Positions 9,198 to 18,587 of a DNA stretch of 64,000 nucleotides are shown here, piece after piece (position 1 is the first letter of the stretch; the number at the start of each line of letters is the position of its first letter). A program made the position numbers and the translations under genes. The notes under the pieces are model-generated. The model was not told the origin of the DNA, ran no database searches, and saw only the letters and a list, made by a program, of their open reading frames with translations. The stretch comes from a virus (Duplodnaviria; Heunggongvirae; Uroviricota; Caudoviricetes): IMG/VR virus record IMGVR_UViG_3300037466_002980, positions 32,001 through 96,000 of that record; one strand, given 5' to 3'.

Positions 9198-9469
9198 CTC
9201 GACATTGATTCAGTTAAAATAATCTGTGATAATTCTTCACCGAAATTATCCATATTGGTAATAATGTACAAACGGTTTTCATCCTGCCGTGTTGACGGAT
9301 TATAAGCATGAAACTGAATTACCTTTCCACCGGTGGCATTTGTAACAGTGAAATGCATAGACTTATCTTCTTGTATGCTCTTTGATCCGACCGACGCGTG
9401 TGCTACGGCTTTAACATCATCATCTGAATATAACGCCCATCTAATAAAACTTCTAATCATTCTTTTCAT
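9194..9469 (-). CDS. Hypothetical protein
   Basis: ORF with RBS. Confidence 0.55.
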   Translation of the reverse strand: MKRMIRSFIRWALYSDDDVKAVAHASVGSKSIQEDKSMHFTVTNATGGKVIQFHAYNPSTRQDENRLYIITNMDNFGEELSQIILTESMSR

Positions 9470-9480
9470 TGTTTGTTCCT

Positions 9481-9891
9481 TTATAAATCGCCATCTTTCC
9501 TATTTTCAGAAAACCATACATCAAATGTGCCACCTGGATATCTACTCTCTAGCTTTCTTACATTTTCTGCAATGATTTCATTAGGATCCAAATTTAATGC
9601 TAAACATGCTTGTGCCCAATACCAGATAATATCTCCCAATTCTCTTTTCATATGAAAAATATTATCTTCATTATATTCCTTTCCCTGGAACATAATTTTC
9701 TTAACAATTTCATCAAATTCTCCGCCTTCGGATGCAAGGCCGATCCCTGCGGTCATTAATCTCGGTACATTAGCACCTTTTGATTCTAATTCACGAATTC
9801 TAGCAATAAGAACTTCAGTGTCCTTGCTAGCCTGACTTGTTACTCCATCAACGAATTCTTTATATTTCTTTAAATCAATATTTTCTTTCAT
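9481..9891 (-). CDS. MazG-like NTP pyrophosphohydrolase
   Basis: GLASEGGEFDEIVKK...RELGDIIWY...NVRKLESRYP. Confidence 0.9.
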   Translation of the reverse strand: MKENIDLKKYKEFVDGVTSQASKDTEVLIARIRELESKGANVPRLMTAGIGLASEGGEFDEIVKKIMFQGKEYNEDNIFHMKRELGDIIWYWAQACLALNLDPNEIIAENVRKLESRYPGGTFDVWFSENRKDGDL

Positions 9892-9899
9892 TCTTATCC

Positions 9900-11033
9900 T
9901 TATACATAATTTTCATTTTTAAGTTTCTTCACAATTTTGTAGTAAATTGAAAAATCATCGATATTCTTATATTTTGCTGGTTTTCGCCAATACGATCCAT
10001 TGTTTTCTAATATTACAATATTACCATCATTTTCGTTCATTTTTAGAACTTCAAATCCATTGATTCCTATACTCTTACTACTATAAAATCCGGGAAAATC
10101 AACTAGAAATCTATCACCTGCTGAATCTTCGAGTGCCAACTGAAATGGGTCTGGAATAGATTTAGCTTCATTGAATATATTAATTGCTTCTTCTTTAGAA
10201 ATTTCTATAAGTTCAACAGGAACAGATGAATATGCATGTGAAGAAACATGTCGAATGGTATCCCAGGAACCATAATATTTTGAACGATTCACATCTTTAT
10301 ATGGAGTGAAAAATGCAATTCCCGAAGCAATTTCATCATTCATTTCTTTAATTGATTGTTCTCTTGTTTTAGTTGTCGTTGCTTTCTCCAAGACCTTTAA
10401 GATCTTTAAATCTGTTTGATAATGATATTTTCCAGACGAAACCTTAAGTATCTGTCGGCGCAAATTCGATCTTACCTTCATGCTATCTTTATATTGATGG
10501 CCGGGTCCATATAAGGTTGCGACTCCCATATATTCACCAACTAATTCATTCTGAAGAAGAACCTTGTCGCCAATTTGTATATCTTTAAAATTAACCTTCT
10601 CTTCAAGCAATTCAGTATTTTGAACAGCAACAGAATAACTTGGTGCACTAATCGGAATCAATGTCATTTTGGTTTGAGAATTATCTCTTGCCCAGACACA
10701 TTGATCTTGTATCAATCCTTCGGTAATTCCAGTTACTCTTAAAATTTGATTTAAATTTTCGTTTGTAATTCTAACCATGAAACCACGTGGATCAATTACT
10801 AGCCAGGTTTGATCTAGGGAACCATAATTCTTCCGACTACATTCATATAATGTAAATCCCGGCAATGGTTGATTACTTAACTCTGTTGCTTGTGGAAAGG
10901 TTGATTGAAGTTTTAGAAGTTTTTTCTTTTCTGCTATCGAATCTCCTTTTGGAATAATTTCAGCTTGTGGCAATGAATTATCGGGTTTAATTGGATCATA
11001 TCCTACGTAAATATGTTTTGAAATATTGATCAT
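9900..11033 (-). CDS. Hypothetical protein (DPRGF motif)
   Basis: 377-aa ORF; IDPRGF...ITEGLI...CVWAR. Confidence 0.65.
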   Translation of the reverse strand: MINISKHIYVGYDPIKPDNSLPQAEIIPKGDSIAEKKKLLKLQSTFPQATELSNQPLPGFTLYECSRKNYGSLDQTWLVIDPRGFMVRITNENLNQILRVTGITEGLIQDQCVWARDNSQTKMTLIPISAPSYSVAVQNTELLEEKVNFKDIQIGDKVLLQNELVGEYMGVATLYGPGHQYKDSMKVRSNLRRQILKVSSGKYHYQTDLKILKVLEKATTTKTREQSIKEMNDEIASGIAFFTPYKDVNRSKYYGSWDTIRHVSSHAYSSVPVELIEISKEEAINIFNEAKSIPDPFQLALEDSAGDRFLVDFPGFYSSKSIGINGFEVLKMNENDGNIVILENNGSYWRKPAKYKNIDDFSIYYKIVKKLKNENYV

Positions 11034-11039
11034 TCTATG

Positions 11040-11255
11040 TTATAATACCTTGTTTTCGGAAATAGTTAATTTATCAAGTCTGTGCTTAATGCTAGAACGA
11101 AGAATTAATACCTGTTTCTGTTCTTCGGGATTTGAAATAACAGCCAATAGTTTTCTGTAATTTTCATCTAGGATGATGATATCATCAATCGATGAATTCT
11201 TTATGATAGTAAATCTCTGTTTCAATTCGTCGTCATTATACATATTGATCTCCAT
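11040..11255 (-). CDS. Hypothetical protein
   Basis: Operon packing. Confidence 0.45.
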   Translation of the reverse strand: MEINMYNDDELKQRFTIIKNSSIDDIIILDENYRKLLAVISNPEEQKQVLILRSSIKHRLDKLTISENKVL

Positions 11256-11257
11256 TT

Positions 11258-11509
11258 TTAAGCACCAATACCAAACTGAATTTTGAACCTTGTTGCATCG
11301 GTAGCATCTTCAAATCCGAATTTATTACCGCCCAACATAGTCCATTTTCCGTGAACATTTTTCGTACACCAAAGAACGATACCTTCCTCTGAAATTTTTT
11401 CATAAGGAAGGTTAATTGATGTAAATGTCCAGGATTTTTCTTTTTCGTAGATTAATTTATTCATCGGAATATAATTCGATGAATTATCTGTACCAATATC
11501 ACTATTCAT
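11258..11509 (-). CDS. Small hypothetical protein (F-x-D-A family)
   Basis: WC...GKW...FGFEDATDATRFKIQFG. Confidence 0.6.
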   Translation of the reverse strand: MNSDIGTDNSSNYIPMNKLIYEKEKSWTFTSINLPYEKISEEGIVLWCTKNVHGKWTMLGGNKFGFEDATDATRFKIQFGIGA

Positions 11510-11538
11510 TGGTTCTCTCCCTTAACACATAAGTATTA

Positions 11539-11567
11539 ATTATAAGTTGTAATATATATTATGTCAA
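11539..11567 (-). promoter_or_regulatory. Perfect sigma70 promoter TTGACA-N17-TATAAT
   Basis: Exact consensus read on the minus strand. Confidence 0.85.
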
Positions 11568-11594
11568 ACTTTGGCAAGTTTCTATAATATTCGA

Positions 11595-12323
11595 TTACTT
11601 CTTATAAGGAACCCAATTAGATTTGGTTTGAATTAATCTATTAGCGATAATATACATTGAGATAGGATTATGACCTAATCCTAAATGACTTGCGCCGGGT
11701 ATTTCAATGTTTTCGCATTGAAAATTACGGTCTTCGATACAACATTCCCAATGGACTACTCCATCAGTCTTGCTATAAATTGATGTGAAAGGAACTGGTG
11801 GTGGTGTACTAATTCTTTTCATGATTTCTGGTTCCTTATATGATTTATCTTTACTCAATAATTCATATAAGAGTGTTGCATGGGTTCCACCGGCATAGAC
11901 TTTAAATGGTGAACCCATTGAAATTACCTGTCTAATCTTTCCAGGAATTAATTTTGCTATTTCTCTAGCATAAATTCCACCTAAAGACCATCCAATGATG
12001 CTCAATTCTTCTGCCCCGTTCTGTGATAAAATAAAATCTACTCGATCAGAAAGTTGTTTCAATAAGGCATCAAATCCATTTCTTGGACCTAGGTTTCGTC
12101 CTAATCCCCAAGAATGGGCATCATAACCTATGTTATTTAGAAAATTTCGAATGAAATAAGTAGAGGTATCGGCTGTTCCAAGACCCGGAATAACCATTAT
12201 TGGATGATTATCTCCCTCTGGACAAATAAATTGAAGTGGAACATTTAAAAGCCATCCTAATCCATATTCATATATGGATCTAAAAACTTCTACACTAAGA
12301 AGTGTTTTTGATGGTACTTCCAT
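11595..12323 (-). CDS. Alpha/beta hydrolase (lipase/esterase)
   Basis: IPGLG oxyanion loop, GWSLGG nucleophile elbow, DGVV Asp, SHLG His. Confidence 0.9.
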   Translation of the reverse strand: MEVPSKTLLSVEVFRSIYEYGLGWLLNVPLQFICPEGDNHPIMVIPGLGTADTSTYFIRNFLNNIGYDAHSWGLGRNLGPRNGFDALLKQLSDRVDFILSQNGAEELSIIGWSLGGIYAREIAKLIPGKIRQVISMGSPFKVYAGGTHATLLYELLSKDKSYKEPEIMKRISTPPPVPFTSIYSKTDGVVHWECCIEDRNFQCENIEIPGASHLGLGHNPISMYIIANRLIQTKSNWVPYKK

Positions 12324-12356
12324 TGGTTAATTCCGGATTAAGATAAGTTATTTATC

Positions 12357-12584
12357 TTAGAATGCTAAAGAATATAATAAAGCATCATTCTTGTTTTTGA
12401 AAACAGTAATTAGTTTATTATCATCATCGATGAACCAATCCCATTCCTCTTCTCTTTCGCCAACATTTTCTATCAACCAATTATGTTGGGTTTCATATTT
12501 TCCAAGCCACTCGCGCGAGACAGAATATTGTCCAAAACGACGTATTCTGTCTCTTGCCGAGTTAACCTCTTCAATGAAATTCAT
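12357..12584 (-). CDS. Small hypothetical protein (F-x-D-A family)
   Basis: WLIENVG...VFKNKNDALLYSLAF. Confidence 0.6.
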   Translation of the reverse strand: MNFIEEVNSARDRIRRFGQYSVSREWLGKYETQHNWLIENVGEREEEWDWFIDDDNKLITVFKNKNDALLYSLAF

Positions 12585-12904
12585 TAGAATGAAACGCTAG
12601 AACCACATCCGCAAGAATTCGATATATTCGGGTTATTAAATACGAAATTCTCACCCATAATATCGCGTTTGAAGTCTATTTCGGCATTTTCAAGATACAT
12701 CATGCTCATAGGATCTACAATGAGCATTTTCTCTTCACTTAGAGGATAAATTGTATCATCCTCCTCCTTGCCTTTTTCCACCGATAGATAATATTGAAAT
12801 CCATTACAACCTCCACCTTGGAGACCGAATCTAACAATATCTAGTCCTTCATCGTATAGAATATCTATCAAACGCATCTTTGCGGCATCGGTAATTTTTA
12901 TCAT
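12584..12904 (-). CDS. A-type Fe-S carrier (IscA/ErpA/HesB family)
   Basis: GGCNGFQY and NPN...CGCGSS. Confidence 0.95.
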   Translation of the reverse strand: MIKITDAAKMRLIDILYDEGLDIVRFGLQGGGCNGFQYYLSVEKGKEEDDTIYPLSEEKMLIVDPMSMMYLENAEIDFKRDIMGENFVFNNPNISNSCGCGSSVSF

Positions 12905-13503
12905 TGTCTCTTCTCTACAATATGATCAGCAAGGCCTAATTCAAGAGCCTGCGGTGCGGTTAACCATCTATCCCTGTCCATAAGTTCAACAAACTTGTCA
13001 TAAGTGACACCTCTGGAATTATGCTTTACATACAATTCAGTCATTTCTTTCTTGATACGGAGACCTTCCTGAAGATCAATTTCCATATCAGAAACTTTAC
13101 CACGTGTTCCCGATGAAGGTTGATGGATCATTGTAATTGCTCTCGGAAGCAAATATCTGTGACCTGCTTCGCCTGCTTGTGCAATAAAGGATCCCATACT
13201 TGCTGCCATTCCGGTAACATACGTATAAACCGGACACTTGATGTATTGCATCACATCATAAACAGCCAACCCATCATACACTGATCCACCTTCAGAATTA
13301 ATATACATATTTATTGGTTGATCTGGATTTTCGGCCTCTAAGAATAGCATCTGGGCCACAATAACATTCGCCATCGATTGTTCAACGGTTCCTGTAAAGA
13401 ATATCACACGTTCCTTCATAAGACGTGAATATAAATCATATGACCTTTCTCCACGCGAAGTTTGTTCCACAACCATTGGAATTAATGTTGAAGTAATAGA
13501 CAT
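12901..13503 (-). CDS. clpP: ClpP protease subunit
   Basis: DLYSRL, YINSEGG, GMAASMG (Ser), MIHQP (His), DRD (Asp). Confidence 0.97.
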   Translation of the reverse strand: MSITSTLIPMVVEQTSRGERSYDLYSRLMKERVIFFTGTVEQSMANVIVAQMLFLEAENPDQPINMYINSEGGSVYDGLAVYDVMQYIKCPVYTYVTGMAASMGSFIAQAGEAGHRYLLPRAITMIHQPSSGTRGKVSDMEIDLQEGLRIKKEMTELYVKHNSRGVTYDKFVELMDRDRWLTAPQALELGLADHIVEKRQ

Positions 13504-13554
13504 GTTTGGTTCCTTTTAAGATAAATAAATTATAACTCCAGGAGAATTTCATTC

Positions 13555-14268
13555 GTGGCTAAACGATTTACACTCGCTGAATTTATTCAAAAAGCAAATA
13601 TAATTCATAAAGATTTATATGATTATAAAGAAGTATTATATAAAAATATGCACACAAAGGTCAAAATCATCGATCCCGAATATGGCGAATTTTGGCAGAC
13701 ACCAATGGGGCACCTCAATGGTCAAGGTCATTTGTTACGTGGAAGAATAAAATCTTCTAACAAACGTAGAATGTCTAGAGAAGAATTTATTTTATTGGCC
13801 AATAAACATCATAATTATTTCTATGATTACTCAAAAGTCGAATATATACATTGTGATAAAAAAGTTTGTATTATTGATCCCGAATATGGTGAATTTTGGC
13901 AGACACCATATAATCATTTACGAAATCATGGTTGTCCAGAAAGAACTAAACAGAAAAAATGGCTTATTCATAAAGATCACATAATTCCAATGTCTGTTAT
14001 CTGTACACAGAATAGATCTCCTGGTTGGGTTAAAAATAGACCATTATATAAATTTCTAAATTCTTCAGTAAATCTTAGAGATATCACAGCCGAAGCGAAT
14101 CAATTAAAACACGATATTGTCATTATAAATGGAGAAGAAATATTCGCAGGAAATATTAGAAATAATTACGAAATTATAAAATATCTAGCACAAACATTAT
14201 TGAATATCGATATCACAGATATCATTAAAGAAGATAAAAAATATATAAAAGAATATCTTAAACTCTAA
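13555..14268 (+). mobile_element. Putative free-standing homing endonuclease (two Hef/DUF723-like repeats plus HNH-like C-terminus)
   Basis: Duplicated YDY..V.Y...KV.IIDPEYGEFWQTP..HL..G; DHIIP...NL...NQLK; opposite strand with GATAAATA at 13520. Confidence 0.7.
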
Positions 14269-14269
14269 T

Positions 14270-14491
14270 CTATCCATAAAGTAATCGAAATTTAAGTTCT
14301 CCCGAGGAATCTTTAAATTGGAAAAACCATCCCCGTGTCAAAACAGTCATCTTCAACTTACAATTAAATTCTCGTTTCAATTTCTTATTTAAAATTTTAA
14401 CAGAGGGAGAATAAGAGGAATTGGCAGTTTCTATAGTTGTTTTTATAAACTTAGGCAGATGTGTAAATTGGGTTGTTGGTACACGTTTCAT
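14270..14491 (-). CDS. Small hypothetical protein (F-x-D family)
   Basis: FQFKDSSGELKFRLLYG. Confidence 0.5.
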   Translation of the reverse strand: MKRVPTTQFTHLPKFIKTTIETANSSYSPSVKILNKKLKREFNCKLKMTVLTRGWFFQFKDSSGELKFRLLYG

Positions 14492-14521
14492 GATAAATAG
14501 TTATATAAGGTATATTATCAA

Positions 14522-14911
14522 ATGCTCATAAAAGATATTCTAAACGAAAGTGCTACCGATGTTGTTGCTCGTTTCTATATTGAGGCATCTAAAGAAATGG
14601 ATAAATTTTATAATCCCGAAGATGCAAAATATAAAGAGAAGAATAACAAATATTATCAAGAACACTTTAAAGAATGGTTTAAGGAAGAAATTGTACCAAT
14701 TTTTCAGAAACCTGTTGATAAATCACAACCATCATTTACAAATGCCCCCAAGGAAGGAAAATTACAATCACCAGGATATCGCGGAAAACAATATGCATTG
14801 GCTAGATCAGGTCTTCCTTATGATCATAAAGTTCAACGATATCATCCAAATTTAACAAATGCGGTTGCTCCAAATGTAATGGATGGGGCTAGGAATTCGA
14901 ACGGCCAGTAA
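14522..14911 (+). CDS. Late hypothetical protein, probably head-associated
   Basis: GATAAATA at 14492; N-terminus MLIKDILNES. Confidence 0.6.
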   Translation: MLIKDILNESATDVVARFYIEASKEMDKFYNPEDAKYKEKNNKYYQEHFKEWFKEEIVPIFQKPVDKSQPSFTNAPKEGKLQSPGYRGKQYALARSGLPYDHKVQRYHPNLTNAVAPNVMDGARNSNGQ

Positions 14912-15140
14912 ATTTTAGTTTTGCCAACGTAATAGAGTGCATATCTTCGTCATTTAATTGAACTATATCAATATTATCTCGACCATAAATTATTTCTAAT
15001 TTATTTCTACGAGATTCTGCATCAATCTTATTTGAAAATAACAAAATATTATACGCTTCGTCTAATACCTTCCAGCCGGCATCCCCCATTGAATAAAACC
15101 AATCACATTTGAATCTACCTTTAAATCTCAAAGCATACAT
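14889..15140 (-). CDS. Hypothetical protein
   Basis: Abuts the exonuclease stop. Confidence 0.5.
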   Translation of the reverse strand: MYALRFKGRFKCDWFYSMGDAGWKVLDEAYNILLFSNKIDAESRRNKLEIIYGRDNIDIVQLNDEDMHSITLAKLKFTGRSNS

Positions 15141-15925
15141 CAGTTTATAATATGCATTATACTAGCAAATAAATCGGGATCAAAGTTATCAGCGGATTCA
15201 TTGAACCAATGAGTATTATCCATTGCCCAGGACCAATAACTTGCTGGAATTTCTGTCATTAATTCACCTTTATATTTTCCAAAGGGCATCCTTTCAAAAA
15301 TAATAGGTTTCGATAGCCAATCATTAATTTGTGGTCCGTAAGATTTATTCTTATCGACGACATCTATTTCTTCTAATATCGAAACAAATGCTTCTAATAG
15401 TTTAGCAGTTATGAAAGAATCATTTCCGGCTCTATGACACATCATTTCAATTGGTATATCTAATTTCAAAGCAAATCTTAAATAAGGAAGATTGGTTTCT
15501 TGAATGTCTGTTGCACCATTAAATAATTTCTTCGCCATTCTCCATGTGCAAATCCAATTGTGATCAAATTTTATACCATGATTTTCCAGAACTCTCATAT
15601 CAAAGAAATAATTATGGCCAACAAGATAACCATTTTTATATCCATCAACAACAGTTTGGAAAATATCCTTGGATTCAACAAACGTTGGTTTATCATCGAC
15701 CATTTCGTTTGTGATATAGCAAATTGATTCCACTTTTGGAGGAATAATAGAATTTACCGGTTTGTGCAATTCTTGGAATATTGTCCAATTATTATCTTCC
15801 CTAATGACAAAACCAGTCTCAATAATCTCAGCTATCTTATAATCATCTGAATTAGTTTCGGTATCTAATACAAGACAACTTTTTAAAAAATCTTCTCTAA
15901 AGGTCATAAAAAATCTCCAATACAA
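15140..15925 (-). CDS. DEDDh 3'-5' exonuclease (ExoX/DnaQ-like) with C-terminal MPFGKYKG domain
   Basis: LDTET, GHN..FD, HRAGND; start probably the internal MTFRED. Confidence 0.9.
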   Translation of the reverse strand: MYWRFFMTFREDFLKSCLVLDTETNSDDYKIAEIIETGFVIREDNNWTIFQELHKPVNSIIPPKVESICYITNEMVDDKPTFVESKDIFQTVVDGYKNGYLVGHNYFFDMRVLENHGIKFDHNWICTWRMAKKLFNGATDIQETNLPYLRFALKLDIPIEMMCHRAGNDSFITAKLLEAFVSILEEIDVVDKNKSYGPQINDWLSKPIIFERMPFGKYKGELMTEIPASYWSWAMDNTHWFNESADNFDPDLFASIMHIIN

Positions 15926-15965
15926 CTAGTGTAACACATCGTTATATTGGAGATCAAGTTTTCTT

Positions 15966-16256
15966 TTACTTACCTACGTTTGGTGTTCCTTTAGGGACCT
16001 TCACATATTTGAAGAAGCAATGTGTGGTAGCTGTTGTCTTACCGCATACATCATCAACTGATGCATTTGGATGACTCTTAAGATATGCTTCGGCTTCTTC
16101 TTGTAATGGAGCTTTATTGCACCACCATTTTTCAAATTCTTCAAGACCTTTTCTTAATTCTTCGGCAAATTTCTTATTTCTATTAAGAGCTTCATCGACA
16201 CCTTTAAGGGATTTATGTGATTTATTTTTGCTTTCGTTGATATCAGTTAGTCTCAT
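15966..16256 (-). CDS. Hypothetical protein, probably head-associated
   Basis: N-terminus MRLTDINES; last gene of a late operon. Confidence 0.55.
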   Translation of the reverse strand: MRLTDINESKNKSHKSLKGVDEALNRNKKFAEELRKGLEEFEKWWCNKAPLQEEAEAYLKSHPNASVDDVCGKTTATTHCFFKYVKVPKGTPNVGK

Positions 16257-16259
16257 TTT

Positions 16260-16697
16260 TTATCCTAATCTATCAAATCTTTTCATCCAAGAAATAATTT
16301 CCGGATCTGGTTGATTATGCTCGCTTAGAGCGGAAGAATCTCGAAGTATTTTCCTAAGTGTTTCTACTTGAATAGCATATAGCTGATCAAGGTCTCCTAG
16401 AAACATATCTGGAAGATTATACATATCAGATCCATCATAGAATGCATGTTCTGCAAGATCAGCCTCCAACGGTGTCAGTTTTCTTCCTAATTTTGATTGT
16501 TCTAAAATTTCTTTTCTAAATGAAGCAGCCGGTATTTCATATTTACTCAACATCCTTAACATTTCCGGTGAATTAGAATATGTATCCATTGTGTGTTCAC
16601 CATTGGGATCATCGCCGAGTATATCTGTAAAGATATTCAATTGTAATAAATTATCAATCGAATCTCCTGCATAAAAGAAATTTTCATCTAATTTCAT
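16260..16697 (-). CDS. Hypothetical protein with C-terminal PDxEIISWMKRFxxLG motif
   Basis: Motif shared with 16899..18587. Confidence 0.6.
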   Translation of the reverse strand: MKLDENFFYAGDSIDNLLQLNIFTDILGDDPNGEHTMDTYSNSPEMLRMLSKYEIPAASFRKEILEQSKLGRKLTPLEADLAEHAFYDGSDMYNLPDMFLGDLDQLYAIQVETLRKILRDSSALSEHNQPDPEIISWMKRFDRLG

Positions 16698-16699
16698 TT

Positions 16700-16897
16700 T
16701 TATCCTAATTTAAAATAATTCTTAAATCTTGTTATCATAGTTATAATTACTGATACGTCACTCAATGGAAGATTAGAATGTGACATTCTTTGAACTACTT
16801 CCTCAGCTCTCATAATTAATTCATCATCGCTCATATTGAGTGAAGAATCATTTTCTTTGAGCTCTTGATTATTGGTTTTGATTTCAGATAATTTCAT
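16700..16897 (-). CDS. Small hypothetical protein
   Basis: MKLSEI start; ends RFKNYFKLG. Confidence 0.55.
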   Translation of the reverse strand: MKLSEIKTNNQELKENDSSLNMSDDELIMRAEEVVQRMSHSNLPLSDVSVIITMITRFKNYFKLG

Positions 16898-16898
16898 C

Positions 16899-18587
16899 TT
16901 AACCTAATTTAGAAAATCTTTTCATCCATGAAATAATTTCAGCATCTGGTTCTTGTGTTTCTTCTAATTTGCCTGCTGCTGCCATCTTAGCACGAACTGC
17001 ACCAGCAACACGTTCTCCAGCTTCTTTACTACCATATTCTTTTGCAGCATTTTTAGCAACAGCCTTAAATCCGGTGGTAGTTCCGTTATTATGCTTACCT
17101 TCGTCTTTTTCTTCTAGTTTTTCCGAATCTTCCATATCATCGACATCGCCATCGGAATCAGTTTCTTCTCTTACTCCAGTCTTAGATTTTAAATCTTCAA
17201 GACCTTTCTTGCTGCTAATATTATCCTTCTCTTTGTCTTCAAGGTCCTTCTTCGAAACTTTCCAATCATCTTTTCCGGATTCTTTTCTCTTATAAGCGGG
17301 AATTTCATCTTTCTTTGGTTCTTCTTCGAGCTTCCTTCTTTGAAGAACAGGTGCAACTGATTCAACTAATTTATCATATTTCTTTAATGATTGAATCATT
17401 GCTGCAATATCTTTATCAATATTTTCCATAAACATTTCTCCGATTTGTTCCGGTGGATTTTCCGGTGGGTTGGAATCCGACGAAGATGGTTGAGTTTCAC
17501 TACCTTCAGGATTTTCTACAGGTTTTGGTTGCGGACGCCTCTTATCAGTAAAGTATCCTCTATCTTTTAATGCAACAAGTTTCTTAATTTCATTATCAAT
17601 ATCATAATCATTAATTCTTGTAGCAGGATCTTTTTGAATTACCGGATCCTTAGCAAGTTCATCTAAGGTACTCTGAATCTGTTCCTTATGTTCTTTCAGT
17701 CCTTTGACTATATCATAATAAAGATACGGAAATTTTTCTTTAATTTTTTCTTTATCAGCCGGATCATCTGCAAGATCATGAAAACAAGGAGTTCCAGCAT
17801 CGAATTGATACTTTTCTGTTCCTTCGGCTTTCTTTTGAACAACAGCACCTACTTTATTAACATATTCTGGATTTTTCGGATAAACCTGAAATAACATTGC
17901 CCTTCCAGAATAAATTTTATAATTGGTATCACTTTCTGAATTGGCGGTACACCACTGTGTACCTAATCCTAAAACTCTAGCTCCTGCCCAATTGAAAACC
18001 GTATAGATTTTATAATCATCATTATCAACAATTTTGGCAGTTTTTGCTAATTTCTTAAGTGCCGCTTCTCTAGCTGCATTTCGTACATCTCTCAATTTAT
18101 CTTGATAATGAGTAGACATATATTTTCCAACGTCACGAACACCATTAAATCTAAATAAATCTCTATGAGTAGGTTCGAGTAATTCTTGCTGGTCAGGTCC
18201 GCGCCTATTTCTTAACGCATACCAGTCGCGAAGGTTCATGTTCATAACACCAATAAGATCTTCCCAGGTATGGCTACCTGCAATATATCTTCTTACAATC
18301 CATTCGTTATTAACACCTTCTCTTGAATAGACTGTTCCTTCGTATCCAATTCTTTCAATTTCATCTAGTTGTTCTAGAAACCACTTTGCCAATTGTTCGT
18401 CGGGCATCTTTGGGAAGGTCTTAGCAGCACCGGCTGGAAAAACTTTTGGATTGGTACGAACATCATCTCGGATTGCATCTGCTAGATCTGAAACCATTTT
18501 CTTATTCGCAAGAACGCGCTGGCTCCCCTTTGAAAGTTGAGCCTCTGTAAGAAATGTTCTAAGTAAGCTACGAAATAGACTTTTCAT
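16899..18587 (-). CDS. Large late protein, probably head/internal
   Basis: GTQWCTA...KYQF domain; charged low-complexity tail with several L-E-E sites. Confidence 0.65.
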   Translation of the reverse strand: MKSLFRSLLRTFLTEAQLSKGSQRVLANKKMVSDLADAIRDDVRTNPKVFPAGAAKTFPKMPDEQLAKWFLEQLDEIERIGYEGTVYSREGVNNEWIVRRYIAGSHTWEDLIGVMNMNLRDWYALRNRRGPDQQELLEPTHRDLFRFNGVRDVGKYMSTHYQDKLRDVRNAAREAALKKLAKTAKIVDNDDYKIYTVFNWAGARVLGLGTQWCTANSESDTNYKIYSGRAMLFQVYPKNPEYVNKVGAVVQKKAEGTEKYQFDAGTPCFHDLADDPADKEKIKEKFPYLYYDIVKGLKEHKEQIQSTLDELAKDPVIQKDPATRINDYDIDNEIKKLVALKDRGYFTDKRRPQPKPVENPEGSETQPSSSDSNPPENPPEQIGEMFMENIDKDIAAMIQSLKKYDKLVESVAPVLQRRKLEEEPKKDEIPAYKRKESGKDDWKVSKKDLEDKEKDNISSKKGLEDLKSKTGVREETDSDGDVDDMEDSEKLEEKDEGKHNNGTTTGFKAVAKNAAKEYGSKEAGERVAGAVRAKMAAAGKLEETQEPDAEIISWMKRFSKLG

